DNA of 42,689 nt from a virus (Duplodnaviria > Heunggongvirae > Uroviricota > Caudoviricetes), in IMG/VR virus record IMGVR_UViG_2923318301_000002; one strand, written 5' to 3'. The notes beneath the pieces are model-generated. The model saw nothing but the letters and a program-made list of their open reading frames with translations, was not told the DNA's origin and searched no databases. Position numbers and translations under genes: made by a program. Positions 29,220 through 37,572 of this stretch are shown piece by piece. The number at the start of each line of letters is the position of its first letter. Positions within the stretch are counted from its first letter, which is position 1.

Positions 29220-30041
29220 TTACCTAGTTACCTTTTTTAACTGCCGCTCAGCCCATGCTTCTTCAATATCAAACCGGGTCACCAGCGCATCATAGAATTT
29301 CTTAACTGTTTTTTCCCATGACGCGCGTGTTATCTGGTTTGTCACCTCGCATATAGCATTAAATGTCTCCGTTGATGGTAGTCTTTCATAGCCACGACCA
29401 CCACAACGCTGGCAGTCTCTGATAACAGGCATACCACGTTTTACCGACTCTTCACGATGAATGGCGACACCACGCCCACGGCAATCCTTACAGGCGGTGG
29501 AAACCTCACCCTTTCCGCCACACTCCGGACAGGCAACTTTTACCACCTCCCTGACTTTTTTCCATTCTTCCCAGTAAGACGAATACACACCTTTCGTACA
29601 CTTTGCCCATACCGGCGGCTTACCATCCGGATACTGGACCTTGTTTGTAAAAACTACGCTTTCAATAAATTTTTCCCCATAGCAACAAGGGCACTGCTTT
29701 TTACTCGCTGCGCTGCGGGCATAATCCTCAAAAGCGTACGAAGCCATAATGCGCATCACTAACGGTTTTATTTCTGCCGGAAGTTTTCTCAACGCCGCAA
29801 CACGATCGCACCGACTGAGTGCATAATCTGCCAGTAATTCTGTTGCCCGCGCCCTGTCATTCATACTGATGCCCATTTTCCCCAGGAACGCAGAAAACCC
29901 CATCTCAGCCCGATTCTGTGTCATGCCCTGCGCGGCCATCACATCAGTGATACTCAGCGCATCTTTTGACGTTGAGGCCGATGCATCGGTCAGGCCAGGG
30001 GATTTTGGGGAGTAGTATTTCGGTAAATCTTCCAGTTTCAT
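29220..30041 (-). CDS. Putative late-gene antiterminator (Q-position) with four DnaJ-type CxxCxGxG zinc-finger motifs
   Basis: 273-aa ORF after rusA (ATGA overlap) and before the pR'/tR'/tRNA block; motifs CPCCYGEK, CPECGGKG, CKDCRGRG, CQRCGGRG; function inferred from synteny. Confidence 0.5.
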   Translation of the reverse strand: MKLEDLPKYYSPKSPGLTDASASTSKDALSITDVMAAQGMTQNRAEMGFSAFLGKMGISMNDRARATELLADYALSRCDRVAALRKLPAEIKPLVMRIMASYAFEDYARSAASKKQCPCCYGEKFIESVVFTNKVQYPDGKPPVWAKCTKGVYSSYWEEWKKVREVVKVACPECGGKGEVSTACKDCRGRGVAIHREESVKRGMPVIRDCQRCGGRGYERLPSTETFNAICEVTNQITRASWEKTVKKFYDALVTRFDIEEAWAERQLKKVTR

Positions 30042-30418
30042 TTTTTGACCTGCTCTTCATGCATTATGGGGTAAATCTTCACCCCCAGACGTCCACCAGA
30101 TACTGGCTGACCACGAACGATATTGATTTCATCAAACTGCTCATCGTCCATTAACACTCCCGCATGCGTCAGCGCATCCAGCGGTGCTTTCAGGATATTG
30201 TCCAGGTCGCGACGACGCTTATCCGGTGGCTCTGCAATCACCTTTATCGCCAGCCTTCCGGACAGGTTTAATTTCAGCCGCTGCTGGCGAACAATTAGCG
30301 CCACATCACGGCGATAACGCTTTCCGGCCTCCGAGATGAAATACGTATTGCCATGACGTCGCCAGTAGGTATTCACCGTCGGCGGGTAAGGCAAAACAAA
30401 TTCTATGCGTTCAGTCAT
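30038..30418 (-). CDS. rusA: Holliday junction resolvase RusA
   Basis: 126-aa ORF with RusA-like motifs (…PDKRRRDLDNILKAPLDALTHAGVLMDDEQ…). Confidence 0.85.
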   Translation of the reverse strand: MTERIEFVLPYPPTVNTYWRRHGNTYFISEAGKRYRRDVALIVRQQRLKLNLSGRLAIKVIAEPPDKRRRDLDNILKAPLDALTHAGVLMDDEQFDEINIVRGQPVSGGRLGVKIYPIMHEEQVKK

Positions 30419-31477
30419 TCATGCTTTCCACTTCAGGACACCCGAATTTCTCGCGTGCATTAAAAAACGAATCAGCAACAACAGCTGGCTGCCGTGTTTT
30501 TCTTCAAAATCTTTTACCCCGGCGTGCAGTTCGTTATGACATTTACGGCACAGCGGAATAACAAACAAATCATCAGCCTTTGTTCCCATACCTCCCAGGC
30601 CATGACCAATGATGTGATGCGGATCATCTGCCTGATTACCGCACGTCATGCATTTCTGCGTTTTTACCCAGCGCGTGTATACAGGCATCTCTTCCCGTTG
30701 TGGTTTCTGGCGCTGGAGATACTGAACCGGAGACTCCGGATCAACGGCGATGCTTACTAACGTCTTTTCCTGGAGTGGGGGCTGTTGCTGGTGGACGTGA
30801 AGTGGCAGCGCAATATTTTTTGTGCGCTGCTTCAGTATGCTGGTGGCAGTCTGTTCTCCCGGTACGATGTCACTCTCACGGTATACGGAGCGGATTTTTT
30901 CCACCGGTAATCCCAGTGAACGACACAATACAGACTCCGGAAGCGCATCAGCCACCTGATTGCAGACCGCCCACCAGGATAATTCGGCCAGCGATAACTC
31001 CCTCTCCTGCGTACCGCTGATTGCGTGACGGATGACGTCAATCATCCATGCTGACAAGTTTTGATGAGCAAGTTGCCCGAGTGATTCTGATGTCTGGTCC
31101 CGCAACTGGTTGTCACAGTGCCAGCACAACACCATCGCGCCGGTACCGTAACGGTGAATGACGGTTTCACTGTGATGATAGTCACCATGAGGCCACTGGC
31201 AGGATTTGACATGACGCAACAGCCAGTCAGACAGTGCCCCAGCGCCGCCAGCAGCACGAATCACCCGATCATCGCTGAAAAATGGCAGTAATGATTTATC
31301 CTCCGCCAGCGGCTGGCGAACGGCAGGGACGACTCCGGACGGCAGACCGCGCATGCTTTTCGGTTCAGGCTCCACCAGCACTCGAGGGTTATGAAATACT
31401 TGCATGGATTCACGGCCCGGCCTAAGGACCACCAGCCCGAGTTCCGGTACCAGAACAGGTCGAAGTAATATCCGCAC
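30419..31477 (-). CDS. nin-region protein (DUF968-like) with C-terminal Cys/His zinc-binding module
   Basis: GTG start with GGAGG RBS; C-terminus CMTCGNQADDPHHIIGHGLGGMGTKADDLFVIPLCRKCHNELH resembles YbcO/DUF1364-type domains. Confidence 0.5.
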   Translation of the reverse strand: MRILLRPVLVPELGLVVLRPGRESMQVFHNPRVLVEPEPKSMRGLPSGVVPAVRQPLAEDKSLLPFFSDDRVIRAAGGAGALSDWLLRHVKSCQWPHGDYHHSETVIHRYGTGAMVLCWHCDNQLRDQTSESLGQLAHQNLSAWMIDVIRHAISGTQERELSLAELSWWAVCNQVADALPESVLCRSLGLPVEKIRSVYRESDIVPGEQTATSILKQRTKNIALPLHVHQQQPPLQEKTLVSIAVDPESPVQYLQRQKPQREEMPVYTRWVKTQKCMTCGNQADDPHHIIGHGLGGMGTKADDLFVIPLCRKCHNELHAGVKDFEEKHGSQLLLLIRFLMHARNSGVLKWKA

Positions 31478-31478
31478 G

Positions 31479-31757
31479 TTACCTCCAGATCCGTTGCTGG
31501 TATGTGCGGGATGAACGCGGTGGGCGTTCGGAGTAAGGGAGTCTGACTGAGATTATCCAGTGACGGTAGTCGAGGCTAAGAGCTTTCTTAACCTCGTATC
31601 CGCGCCTGCGGTAACACTGAATTATCCATTCCGCCTGCTCTTCAGTGCATGGAGGATGCTGGAACCAGTCTGATTTGAATGCGTGAAAACGCCGTCCGCA
31701 CCTACTGGCAAAGACGGCAGAATCATTAGAATTGTGTAATTTGGTATCGTGCGCCAT
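31479..31757 (-). CDS. Hypothetical protein (92 aa)
   Basis: ORF from ATG 31757 downstream of the hok terminator; stop 1 nt before the next start; weak RBS. Confidence 0.4.
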   Translation of the reverse strand: MAHDTKLHNSNDSAVFASRCGRRFHAFKSDWFQHPPCTEEQAEWIIQCYRRRGYEVKKALSLDYRHWIISVRLPYSERPPRSSRTYQQRIWR

Positions 31758-31828
31758 CGGTTGTCTCTGCTGGCGCAGCAGGTGCCAGTTGTTCAGGCTG
31801 GCGTGCGAATTGTAAACCAGAATGCCAG

Positions 31829-31856
31829 GAAAAAACAAAACCCGCCGAAGCGGGTT
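31829..31856 (-). terminator. Rho-independent terminator at the 3' end of the hok transcript
   Basis: Hairpin aacccgcttcggcgggtt followed on the minus strand by TTGTTTTTT. Confidence 0.6.
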
Positions 31857-31924
31857 ACGTGCGGGTGCGTTGAGGATGCCTGACACATCAGAGGTGGCGA
31901 GGGATTTCTCCCCCGCCAGGTCTC

Positions 31925-32080
31925 TTACTCCTCAGGTTCGTAAGCTGTGAAGACAGCGACCTCCGTCTGGCCGGTTCGGATTCGTACCTCGCAGAGGTCT
32001 TTCCTCGTTACCAGTGCCGTCACAATGACGGTTAAACAGATGACGATCAGGGCGATTAACATCGCCTTTTGCTGCTTCAT
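31925..32080 (-). CDS. hokD: Hok/Gef family type I toxin (HokD/RelF-like)
   Basis: 51-aa ORF MKQQKAMLIALIVICLTVIVTALVTRKDLCEVRIRTGQTEVAVFTAYEPEE matches remembered HokD; an in-frame upstream extension and a structured leader are present. Confidence 0.85.
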   Translation of the reverse strand: MKQQKAMLIALIVICLTVIVTALVTRKDLCEVRIRTGQTEVAVFTAYEPEE

Positions 32081-32339
32081 AGCCTGCTTCTCCTTGCCTT
32101 TCGGCACGTAAGAGGCTAACCTAGATTTGCCGTTCATAGATTGAGCCTCAGATTAATGTTAAGCGTCTTGCAGGACGCGTAATGTTAACTGGGGCTTTTC
32201 TCTATCTGCCTTTTGGTGTTCATGCCTGAGACAGATAGCCTCAAGCACCCGCAGTCATTCTACTTAACTAAGATTTCCCCGCAAACCGTTTTTGTCCGGC
32301 ACAGTAAATATCCAACTAAACCAATGGCGTTCGCTGTAT

Positions 32340-32519
32340 TTACCGCCAGTATTCAATGCACATGACCGCCATGAACACCCCTAAAAAAAGGGCATTTATA
32401 TATCCAAATATTAATATCAAAACATCAACTTTTTCCATATACCTTGCTGTGAAGATGATGGGCATACATGATACGAACAACCAGAACGCAACAAACAAAA
32501 ACTGCAATGCGTTTTTCAT
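32340..32519 (-). CDS. Small membrane protein (59 aa, two predicted TM helices), AT-rich
   Basis: AGGAGG RBS 5 nt upstream of ATG 32519; hydrophobic sequence. Confidence 0.4.
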   Translation of the reverse strand: MKNALQFLFVAFWLFVSCMPIIFTARYMEKVDVLILIFGYINALFLGVFMAVMCIEYWR

Positions 32520-32748
32520 TATTCCTCCTACAATCAATGTGCAATTACATTTAAACACACCTCAATTTGGCCGAACATATAAATATCTAAACCAGAAAAA
32601 ATCACTTACATAGCGTTACAAACTCTTTAGTCTAAATATTCATCGTAAAACATTCCCCATACTTATCAGCCCGTTCTGCGCCAGGTAGCTCATTGCCTTA
32701 TCTGGGAATCTGTAATCAGGTTTCCGGATGCTGGTGGATTTTCGCGTT

Positions 32749-33006
32749 TTAGTTGTTCATAAAAGTGCACAGCTTTAACCAGTTCTTCTGATGTAACCGG
32801 GACTGGCGGGGCAGTGAATAAGGCCTGAATTTCATAGTTCGGCCTGTCGTTACAATCCTCTTTTTTCGGTACATACTTCCAGTCACCAGACCACTACTTC
32901 TCCTGAAAGTCCGTAACGCCTTTTTTTTCACGTAGCGATATCGCCATGCCACTGTTTTTGCTTGCCCCGCCGTTTCATGCCCTTCCTGATAATTAACCTC
33001 GCTCAT
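32749..33006 (-). CDS. Hypothetical protein, probably frameshifted
   Basis: ATGA start overlap with the upstream small ORF; contains A8 and A6 runs; a protein-like stretch (…EIQALFTAPPVPVTSEELVKAVHFYEQLKRENPPASGNLITDSQIRQ*) continues in the −1 frame to ~32690 without a start codon. Confidence 0.3.
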   Translation of the reverse strand: MSEVNYQEGHETAGQAKTVAWRYRYVKKKALRTFRRSSGLVTGSMYRKKRIVTTGRTMKFRPYSLPRQSRLHQKNWLKLCTFMNN

Positions 33007-33179
33007 TCATCGCCCCACTCATCACAATATGCTTCGACCGGAGTTTTTCCTGCTTCATAATCATCACGCCATGCTTCAGCATCAGCAGCACTGCCACCAC
33101 GTAACTCTGCATAGTCCATTAACAGTTCATGCCATTCTTCAAAACTGACGTTGTATTTAGTTGAACCAAAATCAGCCAT
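33003..33179 (-). CDS. Hypothetical small acidic protein (58 aa)
   Basis: GAGGAA RBS; ATGA-coupled to the downstream ORF; not in the track (<60 aa). Confidence 0.35.
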   Translation of the reverse strand: MADFGSTKYNVSFEEWHELLMDYAELRGGSAADAEAWRDDYEAGKTPVEAYCDEWGDE

Positions 33180-33354
33180 TTTGTTCTTCCTCTTCGTCTT
33201 TTATTTCGTGATATGAGTAATTGCAGTAGTTAAAGAAAATATCTTTTGCTTCGTCATGTATTTCATCAGGCGTCGCATCATCATCCACTTCGAATTCATC
33301 CTCGAAATCTCCACCGGCTATTCCCGTTTCAATAATTATTTTAAACTTTCGCAT
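33172..33354 (-). CDS. Hypothetical small acidic protein (60 aa)
   Basis: ORF with an upstream GC hairpin; overlaps the next ORF start by 8 nt. Confidence 0.3.
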   Translation of the reverse strand: MRKFKIIIETGIAGGDFEDEFEVDDDATPDEIHDEAKDIFFNYCNYSYHEIKDEEEEQNG

Positions 33355-33447
33355 TTAACTACCGCCCTTTCGGGCGGCCTCCTGATGTTCTGAGGGTGCA
33401 GAAATCCCTCCGGTTAAGGATTAAATTTTTAACAGAGCTAAATTTAA

Positions 33448-33804
33448 TTATTCAGTTCTGGATTTTGTCGCCCTGCGTATCCGCGCTTTCGCGTTACGCT
33501 CAATCTGAATTAGCTTTTCTATATTTTTTCGCCTTTCCCGCTCCTCCTGACGCAAGAGCCTTACATCATCTGCCAGTCTGGTTTCTCTTTTCGCCACAGA
33601 GAGCATCCAGTCAAATGGCTCCACAACTGCACCGCAGATTTTACAGCGGACCTGACGCTCTTTTTCGTCAACCCGGACAGAGGCGTGATGACAATATGGT
33701 CTTTCCGATGGCTCATAAAGAAAATTAACCTGATTACGAGGGTCATCCTCTTTTACCGGAAATAAAACGATATTGCTTAACTCATCCTCTGGTTTTATTT
33801 CCAT
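33448..33804 (-). CDS. Hypothetical protein with putative zinc-binding motif (CHH…CKIC)
   Basis: 118-aa ORF from ATG 33804 with AGGAGAGGAG RBS. Confidence 0.5.
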   Translation of the reverse strand: MEIKPEDELSNIVLFPVKEDDPRNQVNFLYEPSERPYCHHASVRVDEKERQVRCKICGAVVEPFDWMLSVAKRETRLADDVRLLRQEERERRKNIEKLIQIERNAKARIRRATKSRTE

Positions 33805-33861
33805 GCTCCTCTCCTTTGATGCGAATGCCAGCGGTAATTGAAGCCTGATAGCTAATTTCAC

Positions 33862-34284
33862 TCACAGTACCGCCTCCTGAAAATTACCCTGATAGAAAGC
33901 CAGTACACGCTGCATAGCTTCACTCTTCCGGCACTCGCGACAGATTATGTTTAGGCGACTGTCGTAGCGACGTATTTCTCCGTCAGGTAACGACCAGATA
34001 AGGTCCGGATCAACCACAACCGGTTTCTTCAGCTTTGCCCTCGATAATTTTTTGCGGGCATTTTGCCAGTCTTTACGAGCCTGTTCAGACGGGAATAACC
34101 CGTAGCCAGAATTGTATACATCGCCACTGGCAACCAGCTCTCTGGCCAGAACGCTCATCAGATATCTTGTTGCCCCAGTTTTAGCTTCCAGTTGTCGTAA
34201 CGTCTCGCGCCCACTCTGGCGTACGAGTTCAAGAACCTGTCCTTTAATTTTTTCCCGCTCTTCTTGTGTAAAAACTTTTGCCAC
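33862..34284 (-). CDS. Hypothetical protein (140 aa) downstream of the replication gene
   Basis: ORF in the early right operon; C-terminal CRECRK motif; no recognisable P/DnaC-like helicase loader. Confidence 0.5.
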   Translation of the reverse strand: MAKVFTQEEREKIKGQVLELVRQSGRETLRQLEAKTGATRYLMSVLARELVASGDVYNSGYGLFPSEQARKDWQNARKKLSRAKLKKPVVVDPDLIWSLPDGEIRRYDSRLNIICRECRKSEAMQRVLAFYQGNFQEAVL

Positions 34285-34324
34285 AAGCCCTCCTGAAAAT
34301 TACCTCATGACCAGAAATTAACAC

Positions 34325-35395
34325 TTACCCCCTGAAGCCCGGCGGAATTTCGTTATCCGGTTCAGAAATATGATTCACACAACGCTGGTTGTTCGTGCCG
34401 CTTACCGGGAGCAGCCAGGGGTTTTCAAAATTCCGGTCCGGTCCAAAAAACGTCGTCGCTCGCTGAACAAATTCCGTTCCCGTTTTCCCGGTAGCCGCAA
34501 GGTATCTTGCGTAACGCCTCACGCCATCCAGCATGGCCTCTGGTGGCACCCCCTCGCGTAATCTGGCTTTCCAGGCACTGAAAGCGGATTTCTTCGGGTT
34601 TGCCCCGGCACGCAACGGGTATTTCCGCCAGACCTGTTCGAACACATCAGGATAATCCACTCGTCCCACAGGCTGCCCGGTGTTTTCCGGGACTACCCGA
34701 TCGGCTTCCCGCTGAATGGCGGAATCGGCTTCAGGCTGCTGAAGTTGGTGTGATTGCTCCTGCCTTGCGGTCATCACCTGCTGCACAGCGCCCGAATCGG
34801 CTTTCAGCGCATACGCTGAATCGGCTTCCGGTGTCGTGCCTGCGGGCTGGCCAGGAGTGACGGTCTGAACATCCCCTGCCTGGTTCGTGGCGTTTTTTAC
34901 GCCATGGACCATAGTGTTTTGATCTTCTTGATCTGTATCTTTATCTGTATCTTTATCTGTCGTGACTCGTCGTGACATGTGCGTGACATTTCGTGACTCG
35001 CCGTGACAATCGCCATTTTGTTCCCGCTTTCTTTCCCTCTCTCGCTGCGCCCTCTTGCGCTCTGCCGGAGATTTTGCGGTTTGCGAAATATTGCCGTTGT
35101 CCTCTTTCAGCACCTGGCGTTTTTCCCATCCAGTGATTAAATCACCATCAAGTACCCGCCCCTGCATCGTCTGCAAAATTGAATCAATTACCTCTTCTGT
35201 CACGTCGAGCGCACTTGCCAAATCTTCTGTCGTGACATCAATGTGACCTCGCGTGACATTTCGTGACGCGCTCACCAGGAGGTGGATATACACTGCCATC
35301 ACTGTTGCAATTGGCTGCCCTGACACCCTGGCAATTGTTCGCCACTTAGGGTCATTTGGCATGTCATGCCATAATCTGAGCCAGGCGTTAGCCAT
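34325..35395 (-). CDS. Replication initiation protein (O-like), iteron-like repeats within the coding sequence
   Basis: N-terminal winged-helix-like region; low-complexity acidic linker (DKDTDKDTD) encoded by tandem repeats; C-terminal domain resembling phage replication-protein C-termini; ATG 35395 with GAGGTGA RBS. Confidence 0.65.
   Translation of the reverse strand: MANAWLRLWHDMPNDPKWRTIARVSGQPIATVMAVYIHLLVSASRNVTRGHIDVTTEDLASALDVTEEVIDSILQTMQGRVLDGDLITGWEKRQVLKEDNGNISQTAKSPAERKRAQRERERKREQNGDCHGESRNVTHMSRRVTTDKDTDKDTDQEDQNTMVHGVKNATNQAGDVQTVTPGQPAGTTPEADSAYALKADSGAVQQVMTARQEQSHQLQQPEADSAIQREADRVVPENTGQPVGRVDYPDVFEQVWRKYPLRAGANPKKSAFSAWKARLREGVPPEAMLDGVRRYARYLAATGKTGTEFVQRATTFFGPDRNFENPWLLPVSGTNNQRCVNHISEPDNEIPPGFRG
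34931..35010. repeat. Iteron-like direct repeats, cluster 1 (candidate origin)
   Basis: 12-bp tandem ATCTGTATCTTT x2.5 followed by five CGTGAC motifs at 34961, 34971, 34982, 34992, 35002 (10-11 bp phasing). Confidence 0.5.
35229..35268. repeat. Iteron-like direct repeats, cluster 2
   Basis: CGTGACAT-type motifs at 35231, 35242 (TGTGAC), 35252, 35262 with ~10-bp phasing. Confidence 0.45.
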
Positions 35396-35466
35396 ACTCA
35401 CCTCTTCTGATACCGAATCTTTTTACTCACGAGTTGCCGGAAGCGATTCGATATGACTATTGTCAG

Positions 35467-35892
35467 TCAATGTACTGCCACAGCATTTCCTGCCGGGCCA
35501 CCACGGTTCATCTGATTGAAACCGGCGATTGCCACTGCGACAAAATCATCAGCGTCTCTCACCAGTCGCTCCCGCGTCTCCACCAACTCCCGAAAATAAG
35601 CTGAACTGTGGCTGCGCATTCTGGCCACCAGCAAAGGTGGCATTGCCTTTTCGATCGCTGGTAACAACGCCTGAATTTTTTCAACTGCATCAGGGGTGTC
35701 TTTCTCCACCCAGCGGAAAATTTTCTGGGTATTGCGAGCCAGGGCTTCCGGATGGCTGTCGTCATACAGTTCCGGGAACGTCATTCCCAGCTCGAAATAC
35801 GCTTTGGTAATTTTCGCAGCCGGTACTTTTTCGCCGTCCGGATGCGCCCAGGCATTCATCGCCATGCGGATGTGTTCATGCTTGATTTTCAT
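35467..35892 (-). CDS. cII-position protein, possibly YdaT family
   Basis: 141-aa ORF from ATG 35892 (MKIKHEHI…) with AAGGGGGG RBS, immediately after the Cro-like gene; family assignment from memory and synteny. Confidence 0.45.
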   Translation of the reverse strand: MKIKHEHIRMAMNAWAHPDGEKVPAAKITKAYFELGMTFPELYDDSHPEALARNTQKIFRWVEKDTPDAVEKIQALLPAIEKAMPPLLVARMRSHSSAYFRELVETRERLVRDADDFVAVAIAGFNQMNRGGPAGNAVAVH

Positions 35893-36118
35893 GAATCCCC
35901 CCTTGGTTAGAAGGCGGATTATGATCAGAACCGGGAATGACAACCGTCGGTATGTGTAACTCATATTTGAGCGCCCCGGCAGTGACTGCCTGAATTAGCA
36001 ACGCCCATTTCCACGGAACCTCTTCCCCCCACATGCTGACTGTGGTTTTTGACGTTCCTAGAGCTGCGGCTGTTTTAACAACTCCGCCAAAATAGCCTAA
36101 TACTTCTGATTTTTTCAT
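35876..36118 (-). CDS. Cro/YdaS-like HTH regulator
   Basis: 80-aa ORF with HTH (…GGVVKTAAALGTSKTTVSMW…), divergent from the CI-like repressor. Confidence 0.7.
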   Translation of the reverse strand: MKKSEVLGYFGGVVKTAAALGTSKTTVSMWGEEVPWKWALLIQAVTAGALKYELHIPTVVIPGSDHNPPSNQGGIHENQA

Positions 36119-36209
36119 GAGTCGCTCCATAAAACTGAACGTCAAAAGTTTAATAATCAAAACCAAAGAAAGTCAAGAAACAAAACCATCTGTGTTTTAA
36201 AATCAAAAC
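36119..36209. promoter_or_regulatory. Divergent immunity control region (OR-like operators, PR/PRM)
   Basis: 91-bp AT-rich intergenic region between divergent cro-like and cI-like genes; contains TGTTTTAAAATCAAAACAT, whose half-site ATGTTTTGAT recurs downstream of cI. Confidence 0.5.
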
Positions 36210-36848
36210 ATGAGCAAGCAAACTATATCTGAACGCATAACCCAACGTATGCATGCGCTAAACCTGAAAGGCAAAGACCTTGTCAATGGCACTGGCGCAT
36301 CAAAAGGCTCCGTAAGTCAATGGATGAACGGTGGAGGAGCGCCGTCCTCGCGTTACATAAGTTCACTGGCAAAAATATTGAAAGTAAACGAAAATTGGCT
36401 TCTTAATGGAGGAGAGTTAAATACAGGTGATTCGCTTGATCTATCTTTACCGCCGATAAAAACGGTTCCGCTACTATCACTTCAGCAGGCAGCAAGCTGG
36501 AGTGATTATATGAAAAATTCCTCAATAACCTCTTGTGTGCAGCTTGTCGGAGAAATCCCGGTCAATACCTTTGCAGTTGTTCTAGAGAGTGACAGTATGT
36601 CAACATCTGGTGGGGGAGTTTCCATCCCAAATGGTTCAACAGTTTTTGTTGATCCCGATCGAACCGTACAACCAGGAAATATTGTCCTTGCCTTACCCAA
36701 AGGGACCACAACACCTGTCATTCGTAAACTGGAGATAGAAGGGCCGGATATTCTTTTAGTCCCCACGAATCCTCGCTACCCTTCAATTATGCTGGATGAT
36801 CTATCTTGCATATTGGGCGTATGCTTTAAAATTCAACAAGATATTTAA
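36210..36848 (+). CDS. CI-like repressor (N-terminal HTH, C-terminal S24 LexA-like peptidase domain)
   Basis: HTH (…LKGKDLVNGTGASKGSVSQWMNG…) and S24 motifs (…ESDSM…, …VIRKL…); no Shine-Dalgarno upstream of the ATG. Confidence 0.85.
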   Translation: MSKQTISERITQRMHALNLKGKDLVNGTGASKGSVSQWMNGGGAPSSRYISSLAKILKVNENWLLNGGELNTGDSLDLSLPPIKTVPLLSLQQAASWSDYMKNSSITSCVQLVGEIPVNTFAVVLESDSMSTSGGGVSIPNGSTVFVDPDRTVQPGNIVLALPKGTTTPVIRKLEIEGPDILLVPTNPRYPSIMLDDLSCILGVCFKIQQDI

Positions 36849-36913
36849 CCAACCTCATCTATTTGATTAACTGTATGCCATCGTGGTGATGGCTTAACAG
36901 CTGCCTGCTTAAA

Positions 36914-36961
36914 ATGTTTTGATAAAAAAACATTGACCTGAAAAGTTCGTTTTTCTAAACT
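36914..36961 (+). promoter_or_regulatory. OL/pL-like operator and promoter for the leftward operon
   Basis: Palindrome-like ATGTTTTGATAAAAAAACAT overlapping −35 TTGACC, 17-nt spacer, −10 TAAACT. Confidence 0.4.
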
Positions 36962-37279
36962 TCATTCATTCCCTCACCCCATCCTACAGAATGCAGGGCA
37001 ATACTTCGAGTTACCAGGCAGTGGTCAGGGGTTAAGTAGCCAGCCCGAGGCGTAAGAACATGACGGCAGGGTTCAACTTTAATAACTATGCAGCAGGTTT
37101 TTGTTCCGCTACCCCGGCGTTAAGGGGAAACAGAGGATTTCTCAGTGGGCGAAGTCAAACATCAGAATGGAAGGCGTCCAGGGATCAGCAAAGAAACAGC
37201 GATGGCGCTTTATATTGATATCAGCGCCATTGCCGGACAGGTAAGAATTATCAGAGCGGTAACTAAGCGGTATGCGCCT

Positions 37280-37480
37280 TTACTTCAGAAAGTCTCTGGT
37301 GAGTGCACCGAAGATATTGTCAACGATTTCGTCATCAAACTGCGAGGACTCATCTTCAGTTACAAGGTGACCACAATTTTTGCAGATGGCTCCCGCGAAA
37401 CTGTCAGAGCCCTGCGGTTTAAAGGATGTGTCAAAGACTTCGCCACCACATTCTGGGCAAGAAAACTTGATTGTATTCAT
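37280..37480 (-). CDS. Small zinc-ribbon protein (66 aa), hypothetical
   Basis: CPECGG…(18 aa)…CKNCGH motif; GAGAGGAA upstream of ATG 37480; conflicts with an overlapping plus-strand ORF (37145-37501), so uncertain. Confidence 0.35.
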   Translation of the reverse strand: MNTIKFSCPECGGEVFDTSFKPQGSDSFAGAICKNCGHLVTEDESSQFDDEIVDNIFGALTRDFLK

Positions 37481-37572
37481 AACCAATTTCCTCTCGAGTA
37501 ACAGACCCCTCAGAGGATACCACCTCGCCTGACGTGGTTAAAAGCAGGCAACGCTAACCACAAGGAGCCGAC

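Noticed and set aside
34931-35010. CRISPR-like array
   Set aside because: Repeats are 10-12 bp, inside a coding sequence, with no spacers of CRISPR size and no cas genes; better explained as origin iterons.
37145-37501. 118-aa plus-strand ORF from a GTG start
   Set aside because: Not fully rejected: deprioritised because the long GTG-initiated form lacks an RBS and it overlaps a zinc-ribbon ORF on the other strand; a shorter form from ATG 37202 remains possible.
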